A stretch of 64,000 nucleotides of DNA, taken from positions 1 through 64,000 of the forward strand of contig CBFFRP010000231.1 in assembly GCA_965644295.1 (NCBI GenBank). Reading direction: 5' to 3'. This document shows positions 54,432 to 64,000 of the stretch, in pieces. Source of the DNA: Paraphysomonas bandaiensis. Taxonomy: Eukaryota > Protista > Chrysophyceae. How positions within the stretch are numbered: the stretch's first letter is position 1; each line of letters begins with the position of its first letter. The position numbers and the translations under genes are program-made. A model generated the notes under the pieces. That model did no database searches, had not been told where the DNA came from, and was given only the letters and a program-made list of their open reading frames with translations.

Positions 54432-55783
54432 TAGATTAAACCATAGTCTGCAACCATACTGAAAAAAACTGAAAATAACGTCGATTTTCATACATAAAAT
54501 AACTGTCATAAAATCAGTCGAAATCAGACAATGTGAACCACACTTCACTCTTCACATCACAGTGTTGAGTCAGCGAATTGCAGGTCAAATTAATGTGCTG
54601 GTACGTTCATTATATTCCCCATTCACTCATAGTTTGACATGGCATTTCGAAAGCGCAAATCAGGCTCTCTTTGCAACAATGAAGATGACGCGACATGAAG
54701 CTCAGTGCGTGCTCAGGAAATAGAGATCACTGGGCGCTGGAGACCAATTGATTTGGCCAATGAGTCATACCATCTGCCTCATACGGTTGATACAGATCGA
54801 TACCCTACGTTTAATTTGCGCACTGTCAGCTTCCTCAAGATATTCGTGCGTTTTGTTACAGTATCTCTTGTGACGAAAATAGCCCAGGATATTGACCCTG
54901 CCGACTTGAGATATGACTGTGGATCAGTAATTTTGCTTTCATTGCGTTCTATATATAAGCCTCTTGCAATTTGGATTCGAATTTATGGAGAACAACATGC
55001 CCCAAATGGTGTAATACGTCATTCGCGACCTTTGCGTGAGCAACTTATATGGTACTGAGACCACTTTAGGGATTGCTATCCAAGGATTGATTCTCTTGGC
55101 ATACGATTCATGGAAATTGTGACAACAAAATTTTTATTTGACAGTTGACTCGTATTATCTTGATGAAGCTGCAAGAGAAGGGCTTGCAAGGAAGAAAGTA
55201 AGATATTGGAGCTTAGAACCCACAGCGCTTCCAAGCACTCACTCGTGAAGTTCGTGAAGGTGTCAATAAGCGAGGACAGTGGAATGGAGTGTGGAATCAA
55301 CAGCGTAAAGAACCCCTAGTTCATTCTTATACCAAGGATGGCAAGAAATAAACCGCCTTGTTCAATGCTTATCATAGATCACCTACGAAGTCTACCACCA
55401 ATTCTGTGCCTGTGTGCTCCGACTACGGTAAGATGTTTGCAGCATGTGATGTATTCAATTCGCAGATTAAAGAGAGGATATGGCCTCATCGGCATGGTAG
55501 TGGAGGGCATCTACGCGAAAGAGGAAAGTGTAGCTCGTTTGCGTTCGGCTGTGGTTCGCAAAATACATTCCATGCGTATTGTAGTATTTGTTCGATAGAT
55601 ACAAATAGTATCGATTATTATAGTTCTGTAACTCGTTAGCTAGTGAATTGTACACACATGCTGATACTCTATCTAAGGAAACTATAGAATAGAGGGGTAC
55701 CGTGATTGGTTTGCTCAGTGTTGTAATAATTCCACTTTATATCATTGGTTACAGACTATGGTTACAGACTATGGTTTAGTCTA
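54432..55783 (+). mobile_element. Decayed TIR DNA transposon with piggyBac-like transposase fragments
   Basis: Inverted termini TAGAYTAAACCATAGTCTGYAACCATA at 54432-54458 and 55757-55783. Fragments LTVDSYYLDE and DYGKMFAACDVFN...NTFHAY resemble the 2nd/3rd catalytic Asp regions of piggyBac. Confidence 0.65.
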
Positions 55784-56127
55784 CACATAGTTTCTATTTG
55801 CAATGTATGTGTCATTTCTCGGGGAGCTTTGGCTTCGATAGAGATATAAATTCAGCGTCGTCTTCTTTATCTTCTCCGGCGCTATGATCTCGCATAAGGC
55901 TAAACTTGCAGTGAGGCAACGTTAAGACAAAAGTTCAAATTTGGGACTTTGAATGAAAGCTATATTCTAAGAGTATTTTTAATGTTAATTAGTCCCGAAA
56001 TGTTATTCGAGTGGTTTGCAATGAGTTTTCATAATAATAAGATATTTTAATAAAATAGATGATATATTTATTATTTATTAGTAGTAACCGTGGGTAGTAC
56101 GTTTTTCATAACTTCTGGGGCTAAACC

Positions 56128-56410
56128 TGTTGAGATATATTATTAATAAAGAATTGATCTTTATAATAGTAAATCTGTGTTGTGATTATTAGAGTGTAAG
56201 TAATGAACACGATAGAGTGAAAATTATGAATAACAATATAGAACGTAGCTACCATGCATAACGGAATAGTTAGAAGTGTAACAGATAATGACGACGTTAT
56301 GATGACGATCATGTATCTTCGACAGACACTCTCTCTAATTCAGTTCATGGTATACTTCATTGAACATTATAACTCACAGATACAATCATGTATTAAGCTG
56401 AATCCTAATA
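56128..56410 (-). repeat. Putative Copia LTR (283 bp, TATT...AACA)
   Basis: On the minus strand it is preceded by a polypurine tract TGAGGGGGCG (56420-56411) and followed by a PBS-like GGTTTAGCCCCAG (56127-56115). No second copy in the window. Confidence 0.6.
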
Positions 56411-58094
56411 CGCCCCCTCAATGAAATAATCAGTGAACCGTAGGTAATAGAGAGAATATGAACTTATACACACTGAGAGTGAAAACCAGAGTAGCAGTCA
56501 CTAGTCAATAATAAGGGAACTGCAGAGATGCCATATTGTGAGACCATCTTTCTAGTCCAGCATCATGTATTGAATAAAAGTAAAAAAAAATGGTAAAACT
56601 CCGTGTAACTCAAACTAGCCACCTAGGTCGCTTGTGGCTTGGTAATTGTAATTTTTAGGTGTCTCTGAGGTTGTTGATCGCTTTCTGTTGCTGCTGGATG
56701 GGATGTCGAACCATATACTCAGCTTCAGTAGATGACAATGCCACAGTTGTCTGTAATCGAGATTGCCATGATATAAGACAATTACCTATAAAGAATGTAA
56801 AAGCTGTAGTGGACCGTCGAGTGAGGTGACATCGTGCCCAACGCTATCGCAGTATCCTGACAATGTTATGTGGGATCCAGAATATATCAATCCTTGCTTA
56901 GCAGTGCCTTTGAGATACCTAAGAACATGTATGTAACACGCAGCATTACAGGTAGTTAGATTAGGCATATAAGAAAAACTGGCAAGAGTATTGACTGCGT
57001 AGGCGATATCCGGTCGAGTGCATACAGCTAGATACATCAGGGAACCTATGAGCTCCTTGTAGGGGAAATTCTGAACATAACTTTGATTTGACTCTGAAAG
57101 ATGATTGTATTCATGTAAATCATAGTTGAAGGAAAGTAACATAGGTGTTGACATGGGTTTACAGTTGGACATATTGAATTTGTCCAGTAGTTTGTTGACA
57201 TACTGCTCCTGACTGAGAGTCGTGATATTCTTATCAAAAAGTCTTGATGGATGGAAATGCCCAAGTAATAATCTAAGAGTCCGAGATCCGTAATTTCGAA
57301 CTTTTTGGATAAATGGTCTTTGAATTGTTGGGTATCAGTGTCGGATGTAGATGCTATAATAATATCATCCACATACATGGCTATTAGCATAATCCTGCCA
57401 TTAATCTGCTTTTTGAATATACACGGGTCAGATATTAGTCTGGTGAAACCCATATCTAGCATAAAATTTGTACAGCACTTATACCAGTTAAGAGCTGCTT
57501 GCTTTAGACCATAGATGCTTTTCATCAGTTTGAGGACTTTTCCGTCAGGGATGTCCATGCCAGGAGGGGGATGCATGTATATGTCCTCTTCGAGGTCAGC
57601 ATTGATGTACGCAGTTGTGAAATCGATTTGGTGCAATTTGAGTCTCATAATGGTCGAAAGGGCAATAATTGTACGTAGTGATGTAGCCTCGCGACGGGGC
57701 TGTATGTATCATTATAATCGATGCCTTGGATTTGAGTAAAACCCTGTGCGACCAGTCGAGCCTTGAATTTGATATCATTCTGTTTTATTTTTATTTTGAA
57801 TATGAGTTTCCCCTTTATGGCTCTTGCTCCAGGTGGTAACGCAGTGTATCTCCAGCATCCTTTCCTCTGAAGAGTGGATATTTCTCTGTTGATAGCATCG
57901 ATCCACTGCTGTTTATATTTACCTGAAATAGCATCTTGAACACTCTTTGGTGTATCGGTTAGCTCGTCAATGTCATCGCAATTACTGATAGCATGCATAA
58001 CAATATCAATATTGTTTGTATGTAATTTTGATATACATTGTGTATCATGTGTCATATGATTTACTACATGTGTTGTAAGGCAATAACAAGCCAC
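56411..58094 (-). mobile_element. Ty1/Copia retrotransposon fragment: RT and start of RNase H, frameshifted, 5'-truncated
   Basis: FKARLVAQGF, QIDFTTAYINA, KSIYGLKQA, MYVDDII, YKELIGSLMYL..TRPDIAYAV, LSGYCDS, VALSSTEAEYM, with several frameshifts. Confidence 0.95.
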
Positions 58095-58171
58095 AAGTTG
58101 TAGTGAATGTCTGATTATTTAGCAATAGGCGTTGAGACCTTGCATCAATTAGTGGCTAGAAGAAAAAAGTG

Positions 58172-58244
58172 TGGACAACGTGGGCTTCGATCCCACTACC
58201 TCACGCACGCCAAGCGTGCGCTCTACCAATTGAGCTAGTCGCCC
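58172..58244 (-). tRNA. tRNA-Ala, anticodon GGC, with G37
   Basis: 73-nt cloverleaf GGGCGAC-TA-GCTC AATTGGTA GAGC-G-CACGC TTGGCGT GCGTG-AGGTA-GTGGG ATCGAAG CCCAC-GTTGTCC-A. It has G3:U70, A73 and the eukaryotic Ala-type ATCGA T-loop, with T6 three nt downstream. Confidence 0.92.
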
Positions 58245-59288
58245 GCCACAAGTTGATAGTAATGATAGTGTTATTAACTTGTTTTATCAGAGGTTATCTG
58301 TGATAATAATGACTAGCATTCTAATCTGTCTTCTATCACAGACTACACCTACAGCTCACACCTTGGGCATATATATGCCCTTACTCTATACCAATCCACT
58401 GTACATATTGGACTGTACATATCCTACATAGTATTGTCATCATACACCGTATAACGGTATACCGTTACCCTACTGTATACTGTAGCTGGCTGTCTTCACT
58501 ACAATGTATATATCCTGTATACTATGCACCCACTGTATAGTGCAGTATACAGCTGTATACTACCAAGCCAAGCTCACAATCCAACGACAGTCAATGTCCT
58601 ACACGGGGATGACGACAACATGTTTAGTAGGGAATTCTCTGCCCTACGATGGCAAATACAGTCCAACATAAAGTTTCACTCTATTAACCAGCTCCAAGCC
58701 CAATGTCTCTATTGAGACTGTGGCTGAGTCACATCAGTGTGCCCAGGGCCTTTTACACTCCCTTACTGCTGCATTTTGTTGACCACCACGCTTCTGACAA
58801 ATTACCTGTCACACCATGTTGTACACGCTCCAAGCCCCCCTGCCTGGCCTTGCAACCTTCACCCTACTCAACTACTTCAGTTAAACCACGTGCCTGCACC
58901 AATGCAGCGCTGACCGCACCTACGTGCTATCCCCTCAGCAGACAACTTCGTCTCACCCATCGCTTTCTACGGCTACAACCTCTCAGAACATGGCTCGTGC
59001 GAGCAGGCTCACGAAAACGACCCCCATGGACCCCCTATGCAATCACTGAATACTCTCGATCCCTCTCAACTGTGCAACAGGGCTGCCTTCTGCCGCCCAC
59101 TCAACCCAACCCAACATGGTTTGTCCGTGGTCCATCCACCCAGCAGGCTACCCCCTCACCCTGTTCACCTATCACCCCCACAGCCCATCCATCTCATTGG
59201 ATAGACACTGTATTCCGCATACGGTATACTCGACTACTGTACTACTGTGTCCTACAGGATGTATACCATTCCGTGTATACCTCTACTG

Positions 59289-59390
59289 CTGTTGGACACA
59301 TCACCATGTCCATGTACCTGTCTACCTGTACTGTTGGACACATCACCATGTCCATGTACCTGTCTACCTGTACTGTTGGACACATCACCA
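59289..59390 (+). repeat. 42-bp tandem repeat, ~2.4 copies
   Basis: CTGTTGGACACATCACCA units start at 59289, 59331 and 59373. Confidence 0.9.
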
Positions 59391-60682
59391 GCTCTCTCTC
59401 ACTGTCCAACACACTCATAACACCACTGCAGTGTCATACACACACACAGTACACTCTACCTCCTCCTAGAAAACCCCCAGACAAACTATCGCCTCTCCCT
59501 TACTGGGCGTACTGGTCCACCCACTATTCCTCCTTCCTTCCACAAACTCAATTCCTTCCATCTTATGATGTGTTTTGCTCCAACGATCACTTCTTCCTGG
59601 ACACCAAATACCCGGTGGAGTTGGAACTACACGCGCTACTCGAGAGAATTCCTGACCTCGTCATCATGCGTCTCCAAAATGTGTTGCAATGTCATTCCAA
59701 GGGAATGCAAGGAGTCCACCGTGCCAGGTCCATCAACCATCCCTCCCACGCCCTTCAGGGGAAGGAATTCTCCTCCGATAACAGCGGTGACGGACCTAGC
59801 AAATCCACCCACACATTACCCTTACCCACTAAGGATGCCACCACACCGTATGCAACGTTATTTGACTATTTCCCAGTCAAACGGAAGCCACCTACCACCA
59901 ACCTTACTCAACTGAACACCATGGGAACTCCAGCATTAGCCCCAGACGGCCCATCCTCACTCTCCACTACCACTCCTGACCTCAGGCCGGATGTACTGCC
60001 CAAGGATATTGCCACATACCCCCTACACTACACAGAGGGCCGGGGTCACACGCCCTTTCACTCCGATCTGCTGAACAACTGGGTTAGATATGATGAAACC
60101 CAAACTATTGCTGCCTCCCCGCAGGGAAACCTTTTAAAAGAAATATACGCACACATGCTATCCCCTGCCTGTTCAGACATATGGGAAGGATTCATAGCCA
60201 AGGCTTCCAGGACGGACAACTATGATCTCATGATATCATTCACGCTACCAGAGCACAAATTGGACACCACGCACAGCGCCCTACTAGTTGCCCAGCATCT
60301 CGCGAATGGCAACAAACCCTGGGCAGACTCCACTCATGTTGTATCTAGGCATGTGCGGACCCTTTGCCTGACAAAGGGTATTCCCTCAACAGCCACTGTC
60401 ACTCTCCGTAAGACACTTATGCAATATGAATCCTCGAATCCACACACAGGACTACATCTAGACACGGAGGATTTCCAACTGCTACTCGATCTTCTCTCCA
60501 TACCATACAGACTTTGGGACGCTGTTCAACCGCACCTGGCGCCTGGTTGGGCACAGCTATCACCATTCTCCAGACAGGCACTAACAGTGCACGCCTCTAC
60601 CAACACTGTGGTAACCCATGACATCATACGCAGCTAGCATGGGTTTCACATACTAAATGCAACAAATATCCCCACCTCCATC

Positions 60683-63600
60683 ATGCACGCTCTAACACGA
60701 ACACAGGAGCGGCTATCCTGTTTTCTACAACACCAGACCTCCAGACAGAGCACCAACATCATCTGGACTTCTGAACCGTCAACTGTACCATCTATGCTAC
60801 ATGAGCAAAGAGAGCAACAGGAACAGAGGGAAGTAATTGCAGTCTCCTTGTCACCGAGAGCTCGACGTCAACTACGGCAGATGAACCCCACGGACCGTCG
60901 ACAACTCAGGCTCCATATGTGCGACATGAGCAGAGTCTATCGCCTCACCCTCAGACCCTCAGCCCTTCGCACACAACAACATATCCCAAGTGATGGATAC
61001 TGCGCATACAGCACACTCTATCATCTGCACATTCTTGCTTCAAGCAGGCGACACACTCGCTCCTGTCTGAAATTAGACCTCAAACAACGCAAGGACCGTC
61101 ACACGCTAGCATCTTTTATAAATACATTAGGCACCCAAGCGTTCGACACAATGCAACGGGAGTGCATGGCCCATCACACACTTCAGCCACTACGACATAA
61201 GTTGGATCACGCACAGGCCGCACTTTTAATACCTGCCAAAACAACATACACTACGGAGGACGACATAACTCACTGGCTCTCAGTGCGAGAGGTCCACCTT
61301 TTAGCCTCTACTATCAACCCCTGCACGACGTGGGCGCAAAATGGTAATTATCTCAGCATTGTAGGCATCCCTACTGACAAAGTAGCTTATAACATCGCAT
61401 GGAAGGTGGAGGAACTTAGGAACGCTATTCGTGATAACTACTACCATGTCATACTACAAGATGCTCACTACTTCCTCTTAGACCCTGCCGGTCTTTCTAC
61501 TGCCCTAGACAACGCCCTACTATCTCTTGAAAACACCTTGGCCACCAGTATACTCTCAACGTCTGACCCCATCGCTCCACCTACACTTCCCGCGGACTCA
61601 ATCACGAACAACAATAGGACATCAAAGACGACCAGCACCAGAACAACCTCGTCCAGCAGCACCAAGTTAGCACGAACAAATCGACAGATTCTGCAGGCTT
61701 CAACCCCTGGAGCACTACCATCGCACAAGAAGATGCAGTTGAAACACGCCCAAACTGCGTTGACAAGTCGATGCCAGCCAACCCGGAAAGCCAAAAAGGT
61801 CGTAAATTACGATGAAAGTGACCAACCAACGAACCTTCACAACTCACACCAATCCACGACCACACGAACGATCAGACCAACTCCAGCACTTGATACCACC
61901 AGCTGGGACAAGGACTGGTCAAGAAAGTTCTACATTGCGTACGCCGATAACACTGCCAAAGGACTATCCCTTTATGCGAAGAACACATTCCCAGCAGACG
62001 TCATCATTGCTGAGTACAAAGGCAAACGCTATCCACTAACAAAGCTGAGTCAGTCTGCAAGGCGTTCTGATTACATAGTTCAAGACAGTACTGGTACCTT
62101 CGCAATAGATGGCTTTGACCAAGTCCGACAATGTGTAACATGCGAAGCTGGGTATATTAATGACCCCCTAGCCACAAACATGGCTAATGTCAAGTTTGTC
62201 ACGAAAAATAAACGCCTCTATGTCCGTACAATACGTCCCATTGCTAAGGATGAAGAACTTCTCATCAACTACGGGCATCATTACTGGTGTGATCAACGCT
62301 GGCCACTTGAGATATTAATCCAAGCCAGGGCTGCGTACGACAGCGACATAGGCGGTGCCAATAAAGCAGTATGGGACAGACTCCTTGCAGACAAGAGTGG
62401 AACTCCTACAGAGACCTCCAGCAGCATCCCCAAGGCTCCCTCGGGAGCAGCCATGGGACTCCGACTCTCCACATGGAACACAAATGGCAATCCGGCATCT
62501 CACACAGGCAAAGTCCAAGCTATCATCCGACACTTTAAGCGGCAAAAATTGGACGTGCTCCTATTACAGGATGTCCGTCTAACAGAAACTCAGGCCAACT
62601 TCTTCACACGTATCATAGAAGATGCAATCCAGGGATCAAGAATATGCCTCTTCCTCAGCAAGCAGCCAAAACTGACTTCAAGAGACCCACTAATGGGGGG
62701 TACAGTAGTCATAATCAGCGAATACTGGAAGCGCCGTCTCGCCTTCACAAAGGCTGACTTTACGGGACTTGGTTTAGTGAGCCGACTAGAGTTCAAAACG
62801 TCGGTGGCGCACACCCTAGTACTAATAAGCGTCTATCTACCCCCGAAGCCATCCACGCCAGGCTCTTGCACATTATGGAGCAAATTGACCAAGCTAGGGA
62901 GAGCGTCCCGTGGTATCTGTACTGCTGACCCCTACAAGCTCCTATGCAACATCCTTACGAAATGGGTCACTAAAGCCAGAGCCAAGGACCATACTGTCAT
63001 TGTCGCCGGCGACTTCAATGGCTCCATGGAGACAAATCCGAAAGGCAGAGACATACGACCACTTGCCGACAAACTCCAACTGGCTGCACCACTCCATGAG
63101 CTTCTCCTACCCAGGAAAACATATCATACCTTCCACAGATTAGACAAAGGAATATCGCGGATCGATCATATTCTACACACGCCGTTACTTCCGAACATGT
63201 CTGTTACGGACACTGGCTGCCTTGACTCCCCTCACTACTCGCAGCAGCCTTCGATCATCGACCGGTCTGGGTCGGTTTCACTGTACCAGTCAATCTTGAC
63301 CCTCGACCACCTGAGTCGCACCTCCGAATCCCCCCGTCTCAATGTAAACCCGAAGGACTCCAAGGAAGTACAGGCATACACCGCAAGACTCCTCCAACTT
63401 CATGCACAACTACCACATTTAGACAACGGATCGTCTGCCATACTCCCTCCTGAGGTGGCAGCCAACAGACTAGCGGCCATCCATCACATAACCCTCCAGG
63501 CTTCGCTTGAAGCGAAGCGTCCTGCATGTACTTATAGCACACGACTACACGAACGTTGTCAGCGCAAACGCTCAAAGTTCAAGAATGGCTTTTCCCCGGA

Positions 63601-63838
63601 AATGAGAGTAATACAGGAAGGAATGATCATGGTTTTGCGGATTATCCAAAAGATGTTCAATTCTGCCGGATACAAACGGCATGGATGGCGCGGCCCCCGG
63701 CAACCACCCCCACCCACGAAATCATCACTGCATGGTTCATCCGATGGGACTCCTATCTCAGGAGTTCTCAGGGTCACATCAAAGGCATATCAGACATCAA
63801 CTTCTGGTGCAGCCATCGCAACGCGGACCCACGAGTAA
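60683..63838 (+). CDS. Retroelement polyprotein: OTU-like (~60980-61480), SET (~61925-62290), APE endonuclease (~62460-63280)
   Basis: IPSDGYCAY...WLSVREV...ILQDAHY; KGLSLYA..IIAEYKG..AIDG..AGYINDP..NVKF..TIRPIAKDEELLINYGHHYW; APE motifs as above. Confidence 0.8.
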   Translation: MHALTRTQERLSCFLQHQTSRQSTNIIWTSEPSTVPSMLHEQREQQEQREVIAVSLSPRARRQLRQMNPTDRRQLRLHMCDMSRVYRLTLRPSALRTQQHIPSDGYCAYSTLYHLHILASSRRHTRSCLKLDLKQRKDRHTLASFINTLGTQAFDTMQRECMAHHTLQPLRHKLDHAQAALLIPAKTTYTTEDDITHWLSVREVHLLASTINPCTTWAQNGNYLSIVGIPTDKVAYNIAWKVEELRNAIRDNYYHVILQDAHYFLLDPAGLSTALDNALLSLENTLATSILSTSDPIAPPTLPADSITNNNRTSKTTSTRTTSSSSTKLARTNRQILQASTPGALPSHKKMQLKHAQTALTSRCQPTRKAKKVVNYDESDQPTNLHNSHQSTTTRTIRPTPALDTTSWDKDWSRKFYIAYADNTAKGLSLYAKNTFPADVIIAEYKGKRYPLTKLSQSARRSDYIVQDSTGTFAIDGFDQVRQCVTCEAGYINDPLATNMANVKFVTKNKRLYVRTIRPIAKDEELLINYGHHYWCDQRWPLEILIQARAAYDSDIGGANKAVWDRLLADKSGTPTETSSSIPKAPSGAAMGLRLSTWNTNGNPASHTGKVQAIIRHFKRQKLDVLLLQDVRLTETQANFFTRIIEDAIQGSRICLFLSKQPKLTSRDPLMGGTVVIISEYWKRRLAFTKADFTGLGLVSRLEFKTSVAHTLVLISVYLPPKPSTPGSCTLWSKLTKLGRASRGICTADPYKLLCNILTKWVTKARAKDHTVIVAGDFNGSMETNPKGRDIRPLADKLQLAAPLHELLLPRKTYHTFHRLDKGISRIDHILHTPLLPNMSVTDTGCLDSPHYSQQPSIIDRSGSVSLYQSILTLDHLSRTSESPRLNVNPKDSKEVQAYTARLLQLHAQLPHLDNGSSAILPPEVAANRLAAIHHITLQASLEAKRPACTYSTRLHERCQRKRSKFKNGFSPEMRVIQEGMIMVLRIIQKMFNSAGYKRHGWRGPRQPPPPTKSSLHGSSDGTPISGVLRVTSKAYQTSTSGAAIATRTHE

Positions 63839-64000
63839 TCCTGGGTTGGAACGAAAAGCAAGCCACCAAGAAAAACCTTCTCCGAATTGCCTTGCGACTG
63901 AGAGGACTTCTTCATGGAAGAGCCAGGACAGAAATGCGGACTAGACTCACGGCTCGCACCAATCAGATGGAGGCACTGCTACAGCAGAAAAGACTTCAAG

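Larger units (their letters stand above)
58330..64000 (+). mobile_element. 5' part of a large non-LTR (LINE-like) retroelement: long leader/ORF, OTU-like, SET and APE endonuclease; RT expected beyond the window
   Basis: Intronless C/A-rich ORFs 58703-60637 and 60683-63838 share a frame. APE motifs LSTWNTNG, LLLQD, ISVYLP, VAGDFNG, TF...SRIDHI and (shifted frame) FDHRPV. A reading frame stays open to the window end. The 5' boundary is estimated from base composition. Confidence 0.8.

Noticed and set aside
56631-58097. Inverted CAAGCCACAAG match on either side of the Copia RT
   Set aside because: Only 11 bp exact and not at the RNase H breakpoint; may be chance.

Overview
Eukaryotic nuclear DNA, AT-rich and gene-dense, with short (~45-85 nt) GT-AG introns. 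The gene families suggest a stramenopile, probably chrysophyte-like (inference). 0.7-52 kb is mostly host genes: a GT92-like glycosyltransferase, organellar HisRS, two hypothetical proteins, a TLC-domain protein, a giant C-type-lectin/PS-repeat/REJ/GPS membrane protein, a ~19 kb HERC-like RCC1/SPRY/UBA/HECT gene whose HECT lacks the catalytic Cys, a GT77 transferase, a JmjC protein and an apparent METTL21-like methyltransferase-EEP fusion. This part also holds a ~0.9 kb imperfect foldback and an internally deleted Tc1. 52.5-64 kb is an accessory/mobile nest: an intronless coiled-coil + PD-(D/E)XK + kinase (Crinkler/CR-effector-like) gene, a TIR element with piggyBac-like motifs, a decayed Copia with one LTR, an atypical tRNA-Ala(GGC, G37) bounded by direct repeats, and the 5' part of a large non-LTR-type retroelement. 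That retroelement's polyprotein carries OTU-like deubiquitinase and SET methyltransferase domains in front of an APE endonuclease and is the best candidate for a novel system. All domain calls come from reading motifs by eye, no database searches were run, and exon boundaries are approximate.
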